From positions 1 to 42,661 of the forward strand of contig MHMQ01000011.1 of the NCBI GenBank assembly GCA_001819395.1: a stretch of 42,661 nucleotides of DNA, in the 5' to 3' direction. Shown in pieces: positions 8,381 through 15,932 of the stretch. Below the pieces are notes generated by a model. It was not told the origin of the DNA, made no database searches, and saw nothing but the letters and a program-made list of their open reading frames with translations. The stretch comes from Candidatus Niyogibacteria bacterium RIFCSPLOWO2_01_FULL_45_48. Its GTDB lineage: Bacteria > Patescibacteriota > Minisyncoccia > HO2-45-28. Position 1 is the stretch's first letter, and each line of letters begins with the position of its first letter. Position numbers and translations under genes: made by a program.

Positions 8381-8713
8381 ATGCAGAAATTCGAATTAAA
8401 ATTTAATACTACTTTTGTTGAGTGCGGAAAAACCTACAGGGGGCGGGGCGAATACCACCGTGTGATTAAGGCTAAAGACAGGCATTCGGCGGAACTTGTT
8501 GGTAGGGCAATGGTGGGCGAAGAGATAGATAGTTGTGAATGGATTGCGAATCTGATTGCCGTTGAGGAGACGGATAAGCCGTATACCAGTTATTGGGACA
8601 ACGGTTATACTTTTAATCGGGTTTTGGAAAATATGGGTTGTTTGCCAAACAGAGTTGTTTTTGAAAGAGATGAAACAGGTCGCATTATCGGGCTGTGTTT
8701 TATCCCGATTTAG
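8381..8713 (+). CDS. hypothetical protein (110 aa)
   Basis: Strong SD (AAGGAGGAG) before ATG 8381; promoter upstream; terminator downstream; no family recognised. Confidence 0.7.
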   Translation: MQKFELKFNTTFVECGKTYRGRGEYHRVIKAKDRHSAELVGRAMVGEEIDSCEWIANLIAVEETDKPYTSYWDNGYTFNRVLENMGCLPNRVVFERDETGRIIGLCFIPI

Positions 8714-8740
8714 TAAAATGTTTAGCGTAAACGAATTACG

Positions 8741-8798
8741 AGCCGTCCTCGAGACGGCTTTTATTTAAAAAACAGCCGCGCATTAACGGCTGTTTTTA
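8741..8798. terminator. two back-to-back terminator hairpins between convergent genes
   Basis: AGCCGTC-CTCGA-GACGGCT-TTTATTT and AAAAACAGCCG-CGCATTAA-CGGCTGTTTTT. Confidence 0.8.
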
Positions 8799-8799
8799 T

Positions 8800-9246
8800 C
8801 TAAGCGAGTATCACTGTTATTACTCCTATTACTGTAATTATAAGCCCGAATACTTTTTGGACGGTCATGGTCTCTCCTAAAAAGTACCAAAGGATTATTG
8901 CGCTGACCAGAGCGGGGTATGTCGCGGCTATCGCGTTTGTTACCGATTCTTTTCCGGGGCTTAGGTAATAAGCGATTACCACTACGAGGCCCCCCGAAGA
9001 CCAGAACCAGGCGATGGCCCATCCCGACCAATGCCACGACCACGATTTGGCCGGCGCAAACCCGGTAAAAAGCATGACCAGCGCCACGAAAAATATGTTG
9101 CCCATCGTTGCCCAGATAAAAGGCATGGCCGGGTGGAATTTATCCGGACCCATAACTTGGTTCATTTTTACCGAAAGAGGAGCAAGCGTTCCCCAACTGA
9201 AGCAGACGTAAAGCGACAAAAGCAGGGCAAGAGTGTATCTGGACAC
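8800..9246 (-). CDS. small DMT/EamA-family membrane transporter
   Basis: About five TM helices; AIAATYPALVSAIILWYFLGETMTVQKVFGLII is an EamA C-terminal pattern; GGAG before GTG; TTGACT-16-TATAAT at 9314-9287. Confidence 0.8.
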   Translation of the reverse strand: MSRYTLALLLSLYVCFSWGTLAPLSVKMNQVMGPDKFHPAMPFIWATMGNIFFVALVMLFTGFAPAKSWSWHWSGWAIAWFWSSGGLVVVIAYYLSPGKESVTNAIAATYPALVSAIILWYFLGETMTVQKVFGLIITVIGVITVILA

Positions 9247-9339
9247 GCCGTTTCTCCGCCGAGGAAAATTTTAAAATTCCTAAGTCATTATATTCCTCGG
9301 ATTTTCATAGTCAACGTTTTAATATATTGTATAAATAAG

Positions 9340-10914
9340 ATGATAAGAGGGGGGATTATTAAAGAAATAAAAAAAATTGCGCCGAAGGACGCCAAATTTT
9401 CGGTTTCGCGCCCGGAACGTCCCGCTTTTGGTGACTACTCGTCCAATGTCGCGATGGTGGTCGCAAAAAAATTTGGTAAAAATTCAAGAGAACTTGCCGA
9501 AGATTTTAAAGAGAAGCTCGGAAAGTCAAAACTTTTTGAAAGAATTGACGTGGCTGGCCCGGGCTTTTTGAATTTTTGGATTTCGCCGGAAGTTGTCGGC
9601 GAAGGTTTTTTGGAATTCGCGCGCGCGAAAGGTCTGCCCAAATTCAACATCGGCAAAAATAAAAAAATACAAGTTGAATATGTGTCGGCTAATCCGACTG
9701 GCCCTCTTACTTTGGCCAATGGTAGAGGGGGATTTTTGGGCGACATTTTATCAAGCGTTTTGGCGCTCGTCGGTTTTAAAGTTGAGCGCGAATACTATAT
9801 AAACGATACCGGAAAGCAAATAATAACACTTGGAAAATCAATGCTTGCGTCGGCCGGACTGATTCCCGACGAAGAAACATTTTACAAGGGGGGTTACATA
9901 AAAGATTGGGCTAAAAAAAATAAAGCAAAAATTAAGAAACTCGGAAAAGATCCTCTGAAACTTGGCCAAGAAGCCGCAAAAGATTTTTTGAAGTCAATTA
10001 AAAACACTCTTAAGAGTATAGCCAAAATAAAATTTGACCGCTGGACGTCGGAAGACAAATATATCCACAAAAAAAACTGGATCAAAAAAGCGCAGGCGCT
10101 TTTTGAGAAAAAAAATATGGTTTACGAAAAAGACGGCGCGACCTGGCTTAAGACAACAGATTTCGCCGATGACAAAGACAGGGTTTTGATTACTTCCGAC
10201 GGCTACCCGACGTATTTTTTGGCTGACGCCGGGCATTATTTTGAATCAGTCGTGCGCGGATTCAAGAAAAAAATAAATATTTTGGGGCCCGACCATTACG
10301 GCTATGTGGCAAGGATTCAAGCTGTTGCCGAAATCGTAGGAATGGAGGACTCGGAAATTATTGTTACCCAAACTGTCCGTCTGATGAAAGGTGGAGAAGA
10401 ATTTAAGATGTCAAAACGCAAAGGGACATTTGTGGCATTTGAAGAATTGATTGATGAAATTGGATTGGATGCCGCGCGTTGGTTTTTTTTGGGGCGCTCC
10501 TCCGATACGCATATTGATATTGATTTGGAATTTGCCAAGAAACAATCGGCCGAAAACCCCGTTTATTATGTCCAGTACGCGCACGCGAGAATGTCGGGAA
10601 TTTTGAGAAAAGCGCAAGTGCACAGCGTTAAGCGTTTAGCGTTTGGTGGTTTTAAAAAAGACGAACTTAAATTTATAAAAAAACTTTTGGAGGTTTCCGA
10701 TGTTTTGGAAGACGTCGCGCGCGATTATCAAGCCCATCGCTTAACGGCTTACGTTTACGAACTCGCGCAGGCATTTTCGGCGTTTTATCGCGATGTGAAA
10801 GTGCTTGACTCCGGCTCGGACGAACCCCGCCGGCTTTTCATAATTAAGTCAGCAAAAAACACTCTAGGCTCGCTTTTGAAACTTCTCGGCATCTCGGCTC
10901 CCGAGAGGATGTAA
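9340..10914 (+). CDS. argS: arginine--tRNA ligase
   Basis: FGDYSSNVAM, AGPGFLNF, VEYVSANPTGPL, REYYIND, DDKDRVL, KMSKRKG, NPVYYVQYAHAR, LLGISAPERM; start placed at ATG 9340. Confidence 0.97.
   Translation: MIRGGIIKEIKKIAPKDAKFSVSRPERPAFGDYSSNVAMVVAKKFGKNSRELAEDFKEKLGKSKLFERIDVAGPGFLNFWISPEVVGEGFLEFARAKGLPKFNIGKNKKIQVEYVSANPTGPLTLANGRGGFLGDILSSVLALVGFKVEREYYINDTGKQIITLGKSMLASAGLIPDEETFYKGGYIKDWAKKNKAKIKKLGKDPLKLGQEAAKDFLKSIKNTLKSIAKIKFDRWTSEDKYIHKKNWIKKAQALFEKKNMVYEKDGATWLKTTDFADDKDRVLITSDGYPTYFLADAGHYFESVVRGFKKKINILGPDHYGYVARIQAVAEIVGMEDSEIIVTQTVRLMKGGEEFKMSKRKGTFVAFEELIDEIGLDAARWFFLGRSSDTHIDIDLEFAKKQSAENPVYYVQYAHARMSGILRKAQVHSVKRLAFGGFKKDELKFIKKLLEVSDVLEDVARDYQAHRLTAYVYELAQAFSAFYRDVKVLDSGSDEPRRLFIIKSAKNTLGSLLKLLGISAPERM
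10624..10644 (+). repeat. three tandem heptamers inside argS
   Basis: AGCGTTA AGCGTTT AGCGTTT (21 nt). Confidence 0.7.
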
Positions 10915-10978
10915 TACGATTGACTTTTTGGCACAAAAATGCAAGTTTTAGATTGGGTTTTTGAAAAAGGGGAGCGCA

Positions 10979-11368
10979 ATGTTCTTAAAATGGCTGGTTT
11001 TTGCGCTGGCTTCTTTTGTCGGAATAGGACTTTTTCAGTGGGCGCTTTACACCGGCTTCGAGCTTGCTAAAACAAAAACATTTTTAGGATACATGTTCCC
11101 GAATCTGTTTACTTTTTTTGTTTTCTGGTCGCTGTTGATAAGTTTTATTATGGCTTTACCAAACGGGATAGTTTGGGCGATTTCCAGCATTGCCTTAAAT
11201 GAATGGTTTGGCAAAGCATGGGTTATCCATCTTACTTTCGGCGCAATGAGTTTGCTTGCCGCGGCCACGACCTTCTGGTTTAAGTTTGGAGAACTTCCCA
11301 CAAAAGGGACATTGGTTGGACTTACTCTGGCGATCGTCGGAGCTTTAATAAGCGCTCTTTGGCGATAA
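10979..11368 (+). CDS. small membrane protein, probably DMT superfamily
   Basis: GGGGAG SD; four or five TM segments; FGELPTKGTLVGLTLAIVG resembles the DMT C-terminus. Confidence 0.7.
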   Translation: MFLKWLVFALASFVGIGLFQWALYTGFELAKTKTFLGYMFPNLFTFFVFWSLLISFIMALPNGIVWAISSIALNEWFGKAWVIHLTFGAMSLLAAATTFWFKFGELPTKGTLVGLTLAIVGALISALWR

Positions 11369-11377
11369 AAACTTTCA

Positions 11378-11402
11378 GCCCCCCGATGATTTATCGGGGG
11401 GC
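11378..11402. terminator. GC-rich hairpin between convergent genes
   Basis: GCCCCCCGAT-GATTT-ATCGGGGGGC. Confidence 0.7.
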
Positions 11403-11403
11403 C

Positions 11404-11652
11404 TTAAACTGTCTCGACGACTTTGATGACGAACGCGGAAGCGCGAACAGAACTTCTTTTCGCGATTTCCGGCGTTACAATGCCGCCGATTTTTGTTGCG
11501 GGGGCAGCGGTCGCGATGACCATGCCCCTTTTTTCGTTTTCAACTTCCACTTCCGCTCTCCTCCAGTCGTCCAAATTGCTGCCGGGAATACCGTGTTCTT
11601 TTCTCCAATCGTAGATCTCCCTTGCCCGTTTGTTGATGGCCGACCCGTACAT
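11404..11652 (-). CDS. DUF2934-domain small protein
   Basis: INKRAREIYDWR...GSNLDDWRRAEVEV fits the DUF2934 pattern; AGGAGGTG SD before ATG 11652. Confidence 0.8.
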   Translation of the reverse strand: MYGSAINKRAREIYDWRKEHGIPGSNLDDWRRAEVEVENEKRGMVIATAAPATKIGGIVTPEIAKRSSVRASAFVIKVVETV

Positions 11653-11672
11653 CGGAATCACCTCCTTCTTAC

Positions 11673-11701
11673 ATTATACCAGCAAAACATTGTTTTGTCA
11701 A
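11673..11701 (-). promoter_or_regulatory. consensus sigma70 promoter
   Basis: TTGACA (11701-11696), 17 nt, TATAAT (11678-11673), upstream of the DUF2934 gene. Confidence 0.8.
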
Positions 11702-11754
11702 CATCAACAAAACTTTGTTTTGCCTCCCTCTTTCTATATTATAACCATATATAT

Positions 11755-14700
11755 ATGCAAGACAAAGATAAGAAATCCACAGAGACGGAAATTCTGGAAT
11801 ACTGGCAAAAAAATAAAATTTTTGAGCAAACGCTTGCGAAAACAAAAAAGGGCAAGCCGTTTGTTTTTTACGAAGGTCCGCCTACCGCAAATGGCAAGCC
11901 CGGCATTCATCATGTGGAAGGCCGGTCTTTTAAGGATGTTATATTGCGCTACAAAACAATGCGCGGTTTTCGCGTGCCAAGAGTTGCCGGCTGGGACACG
12001 CACGGGTTGCCGGTTGAAGTTGAGGTTGAAAAAGAGCTCGGTCTGAAAAGCAAAAAAGAAATTGAAGAGTATGGCATTGAGGCGTTCAATAAAAAATGCC
12101 GCGAGTCCGTATGGAAGTATAAAAAGCTGTGGGAAGACATGACTGCCAGAATGGGGTTTTGGATTGATATGGATAAGCCGTACGTCACTTATGAAAACTC
12201 GTATATGGAAAAACTTTGGGGGGTTATTAAAAACTTTTCTGTCAGAAAACTTCTTTATAAAGATTACAAAGTTGTGCCGTGGTGTCCCAGGTGCGGAACG
12301 TCTCTTTCTTCGCACGAACTTGCGCAGGGGTATAAAAAGATAAAAGAAAAATCAATTTATATAAAATTTAAGGCCAAAGACAAAGCTGGCGGAGTCTTTT
12401 ATTTTTTGGTTTGGACCACAACCCCGTGGACTTTGCCGGGAAATGTTGCTTTGGCGGTAAATCCCAAGGCGACATACGTTGTCGCCGAAAAAGACGGCGC
12501 TCGTTTTGTGTTGGTGAAAGAACGAGCCGGGGTTTTGGAAGAAAATTATAAAATTATCAGCGAAAGATCCGGACAAAGCTTTCTCGGGGTTGAATATGAA
12601 CCGCTTTATCGGACTTCCGGCTCCGAGCTTCCGATATTCAATTACAAAGTAATTGGGGCTAATTTCGTTTCAACCGAAGACGGCACGGGCATTGTTCACA
12701 TCGCTCCGGCTTTCGGCGCGGACGACCAGAAAGTCGGCAAAGAAAACGGACTTACAACCCTTATAACGACCGCTGAAAACGGAAAAATGCTAACGCCCGA
12801 TTATTTGTGGAACGGAAAATATTTTCAGGAAGCAAATCAGTTCATCGTTCAAAACCTAAAAGAGCGAAACCTGTTTTTAAAGGAGGAGTCCCACGAACAC
12901 GACTATCCTTTTTGCTGGCGGTGCGATTCGGCTTTGATGTATCTGGCAAAAAATTCCTGGTTTTTAAAAACAACTGCGGTTAAAAAAGAAATGCTCGCCG
13001 AAAACAAGAAAATCGGCTGGCACCCAGAATTCATAAAAGACGGCCGATTTGGCCAGTGGCTGAAAGAAAACGTGGACTGGGCGATATCAAGAGAACGTTA
13101 TTGGGGGGTGCCTTTGCCGGTTTGGATTTGTGAAAAATGCGGACATCAAGAAGTTGTCGGCTCTATAAACGACTTGGATAAACTCGGCCCAAAAAGGACG
13201 ACTAGGGTTTTTGTTGTGCGCCATGGCGAGGCCGAACACAACGTAAAAGGCATAGTTGGGCCGGCGATTCCGGCACGGGATTTTGATAACCACCTTACCA
13301 AAAAAGGAATTAAAGAGGCTGAAAAGACGGCCAGGGCCTTAAAAAAAGAAAAAATAGATTTAATCATTTCCTCTCCGCTTAACCGCACGAGACAAACTTC
13401 GGAGATTCTCGCCAGTACTCTGGGCGTTAAGATGGAAGTCAACGAACAAATTTATGATTATAATATTGGAGATTTTCACGACAGGAGTATTAAAGATTCG
13501 CATATAGAGTTTCCGTTTGAGCGAAGGCTTTGTGAGCCGTTTCCCAACGGCGAGTCGCTTCGCGACGTTAGGGCGAGAATGATGATGGAGTTAAGACGCA
13601 TCGTCAGAAGCAATTCCGGCAAAAATATTTTGATAGTCAGCCACGGCGATCCAATGTGGGTTTTAAATGCCTCACTTGAAGGTTTGGAAGAAAAAAACTA
13701 TCCAAAATCATGGTATCCAAAGACAGGAGAAGCAAAAGAGCTAAAACTCCACAACTGGCCGTACAACAGGGACGGCGAGCTGGATTTGCATAAACCTTAC
13801 GCCGATTTAGTAAATTTGCGGTGTCAAAAATGTGAAGGTAATATGTCGCGTGTAAAAGAAATCGCCGATGTTTGGTTTGACTCCGGAGCAATGCCGTTTG
13901 CTTCCGATGTTCCCGGGTATCCGGCAGATTACATTGTTGAAGCGGTTGACCAAACTCGTGGATGGTTTTACACACTTCTTGCGGTCGCGTCGCTTTTGGG
14001 AAAAAAAGCGCCCTATAAAAACGTAATTTCTTACGGACACGTGTTGGACTCGGAGGGTAAAAAAATGTCCAAACACAAGGGTAATGTAGTTGAACCATCA
14101 CTGCTTTTTGACAAATACGGGGCGGATGCCGTCCGCTGGTATTTTTATACCGTCAATCAGCCGTGGGATGAAAAACTTTTTAAAGAATCGGACATAGCGG
14201 AGGCCTCGCGGAGGTTCCTTAATATTTTCCGGAACTCATTTGTTTACTGGCAGACATATAAAGACAAATCAAAAATCAGCAAGAAAAAACCCAAGCTACT
14301 TATTAATAAATGGCTGAATGCCCGCATGAATCAGGTTGGTTACGAAGCGACCGAAGCTCTTGAAAAATACGACATCGTAAAAGCCGCCAGGGCTATTGAA
14401 AATTTTGTGGCCGAAGATTTATCCAGATGGTACATAAGGCGAATTAGGGATGCGATCAGATTCGGCTCAAAAAAAGAAAAAGAAGAGATATCATCTATTT
14501 TTGGTCTCGCTTTATATGAAGTCGCAAAACTTTCGGCGCCCTTCGTTCCGTTTTTAACAGACAAAATGTTTTTGGATGTAATGGGCAAGGGTAGTATCCA
14601 TCTGGAGAAGTGGACTAAATTTAAAAAACCGTCTAAGGCCGACAAAAAATTGGCTGAAGAGATGAACGAGGCGCGAAGAATTGTTTCGTTAGCACTTGAG

Positions 14701-15123
14701 GCAAGGGCTAAAGCGGGAATTAAAGTACGTCAGCCACTCGCCCTACTTAAGGTAAAATCTAAAAAATTAAATATAAAAAATAAAGAACTTGTCGGGCTGA
14801 TTAAGGGCGAAGTCAATATAAAAGAAATAAAATTTGATCCGAAAATAAAAGATGAAGTTGAATTAGATGTCAACATAACGCCCGAACTTAAAGAAGAAGG
14901 CCAGCTTCGCGAACTTATTCGCCACATTCAGGAGAAAAGAAAAGAAGCAGGCCTCCAGCCGTCAGATAAAACAACTTTTGTCGCTTTAACCGACGACAAA
15001 GGCGAAACCTTTGTAAAGAAGTTTGAGTCGGTCCTCAAAAAAGAAGCGGGGATTAAGGTTATTTCTTTTGGCGAACCCTCAAAACCCAACCGCTTGACTA
15101 TTTCTTTGAAGTTTGGTATATAG
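11755..15123 (+). CDS. ileS: isoleucine--tRNA ligase (type 2) with inserted histidine-phosphatase domain
   Basis: EGPPTANGKPGIHH, GWDTHGLPVE, WTTTPWTLPGN, GTGIVHIAPAFG, DWAISRERYWGVPLP, DVWFDSG, DQTRGWFY, KMSKH; start ATG 11755. Confidence 0.97.
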   Translation: MQDKDKKSTETEILEYWQKNKIFEQTLAKTKKGKPFVFYEGPPTANGKPGIHHVEGRSFKDVILRYKTMRGFRVPRVAGWDTHGLPVEVEVEKELGLKSKKEIEEYGIEAFNKKCRESVWKYKKLWEDMTARMGFWIDMDKPYVTYENSYMEKLWGVIKNFSVRKLLYKDYKVVPWCPRCGTSLSSHELAQGYKKIKEKSIYIKFKAKDKAGGVFYFLVWTTTPWTLPGNVALAVNPKATYVVAEKDGARFVLVKERAGVLEENYKIISERSGQSFLGVEYEPLYRTSGSELPIFNYKVIGANFVSTEDGTGIVHIAPAFGADDQKVGKENGLTTLITTAENGKMLTPDYLWNGKYFQEANQFIVQNLKERNLFLKEESHEHDYPFCWRCDSALMYLAKNSWFLKTTAVKKEMLAENKKIGWHPEFIKDGRFGQWLKENVDWAISRERYWGVPLPVWICEKCGHQEVVGSINDLDKLGPKRTTRVFVVRHGEAEHNVKGIVGPAIPARDFDNHLTKKGIKEAEKTARALKKEKIDLIISSPLNRTRQTSEILASTLGVKMEVNEQIYDYNIGDFHDRSIKDSHIEFPFERRLCEPFPNGESLRDVRARMMMELRRIVRSNSGKNILIVSHGDPMWVLNASLEGLEEKNYPKSWYPKTGEAKELKLHNWPYNRDGELDLHKPYADLVNLRCQKCEGNMSRVKEIADVWFDSGAMPFASDVPGYPADYIVEAVDQTRGWFYTLLAVASLLGKKAPYKNVISYGHVLDSEGKKMSKHKGNVVEPSLLFDKYGADAVRWYFYTVNQPWDEKLFKESDIAEASRRFLNIFRNSFVYWQTYKDKSKISKKKPKLLINKWLNARMNQVGYEATEALEKYDIVKAARAIENFVAEDLSRWYIRRIRDAIRFGSKKEKEEISSIFGLALYEVAKLSAPFVPFLTDKMFLDVMGKGSIHLEKWTKFKKPSKADKKLAEEMNEARRIVSLALEARAKAGIKVRQPLALLKVKSKKLNIKNKELVGLIKGEVNIKEIKFDPKIKDEVELDVNITPELKEEGQLRELIRHIQEKRKEAGLQPSDKTTFVALTDDKGETFVKKFESVLKKEAGIKVISFGEPSKPNRLTISLKFGI
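13190..13750 (+). other. in-frame histidine phosphatase (PGM/CobC-like) domain within IleRS
   Basis: VFVVRHGEA (RHG 13219-13227), LTKKG, IISSPLNRTRQT, GES, ILIVSHG (13639-13647); boundaries approximate. Confidence 0.9.
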
Positions 15124-15173
15124 GAAGAGGAAAACACCCAGCCGATTGTTTTGTTTAACGGGGGAGAAACACA

Positions 15174-15287
15174 ATGCACGTAGATGCTTTAAATCAGGAG
15201 GTTCCGGTTCAATTTTTGTTCCTTGGTCTGGTGGTGATTTTTACGACGATTGCTTTTGTTTATTTCTGGTTTGCGGACAAAAAATAA
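15174..15287 (+). CDS. 37-aa single-pass membrane microprotein (absent from the ORF track)
   Basis: GGGGGAG SD, then MHVDALNQEVPVQFLFLGLVVIFTTIAFVYFWFADKK*; fills the ileS-recO gap. Confidence 0.65.
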   Translation: MHVDALNQEVPVQFLFLGLVVIFTTIAFVYFWFADKK

Positions 15288-15366
15288 CGTCTCAAAATAA
15301 GTTGATGTTAGCTGAAAATTATTCGCGTCGATACGCGAATTTTTTCTTTTGTGTTAAAATTTAATT

Positions 15367-15915
15367 ATGTACAACCTCCACCACACCGAAGGAATAATTT
15401 TGTCGGCAAATGATTTTGGAGAAGCCGACAGGATTTATAATATTTACACCAAAGATTTCGGGAAAGTGTCGGTTCTTGCCAAAGGGGTGCGGCTTGAAAA
15501 ATCAAAATTGCGGCCGCACCTTCTTCCGCTGTCCTTTGCGAGAGTTTCTTTCATTGAAGGCAAAGAATTTATGCGCCTGACCGACGCCGAAGAAATTTTA
15601 TCCCCGCTGCTTGACGAAAAAACTTATTCGGTGTTTTCCGGCGCATGTTCTTTTTTAGAAAGACTGGTTAAGGGTCAAGAAAAAGACGAAGCCGTCTGGG
15701 AACTTTTGCGGAGCCTTTTGTTGAACACCGAGTGTTTAATACATGAGGGGTTTGAAGAAATTTTTCAAGCTCGGCTTTTGTACCGGCTTGGCTATGTTGA
15801 TTCGGAAGATGAAATAATTCGCGGAAACCGTTGGTCTGATTTACCAGATCAAGTACTCAGGGTGGCCGAGTTCAAAAAGATTAGCGCTCAAGGCCTTTCA
15901 GCCAGCCAGCTTTAA
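15367..15915 (+). CDS. recO: DNA repair protein RecO (short form)
   Basis: TEGIILSANDFGEADRIYNIYTKDFGKVSVLAKGVR..KSKL. Confidence 0.92.
   Translation: MYNLHHTEGIILSANDFGEADRIYNIYTKDFGKVSVLAKGVRLEKSKLRPHLLPLSFARVSFIEGKEFMRLTDAEEILSPLLDEKTYSVFSGACSFLERLVKGQEKDEAVWELLRSLLLNTECLIHEGFEEIFQARLLYRLGYVDSEDEIIRGNRWSDLPDQVLRVAEFKKISAQGLSASQL
15721..15739. repeat. short palindromic element inside recO
   Basis: TTGAACAC-CGA-GTGTTTAA; same core as 39823-39843. Confidence 0.7.
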
Positions 15916-15932
15916 AATGCTATAATATTTAA

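Noticed and set aside
9031-9339. 103-aa N-terminal extension of ArgRS in the ORF track
   Set aside because: Overlaps the opposite-strand EamA-like gene and its promoter; ArgRS similarity begins near ATG 9340.
11359-11754. 132-aa N-terminal extension of IleRS in the ORF track
   Set aside because: Runs through a hairpin and the antisense DUF2934 gene; the IleRS N-terminus (E.EILEYW) follows ATG 11755.
13190-13750. IleRS insertion as an intein or intron
   Set aside because: No intein terminal motifs or LAGLIDADG blocks and no frame break; the motifs are those of a histidine phosphatase.
15113-15364. 83-aa ORF between ileS and recO
   Set aside because: No SD or coherent composition; the 37-aa SD-led ORF in another frame is the better explanation.
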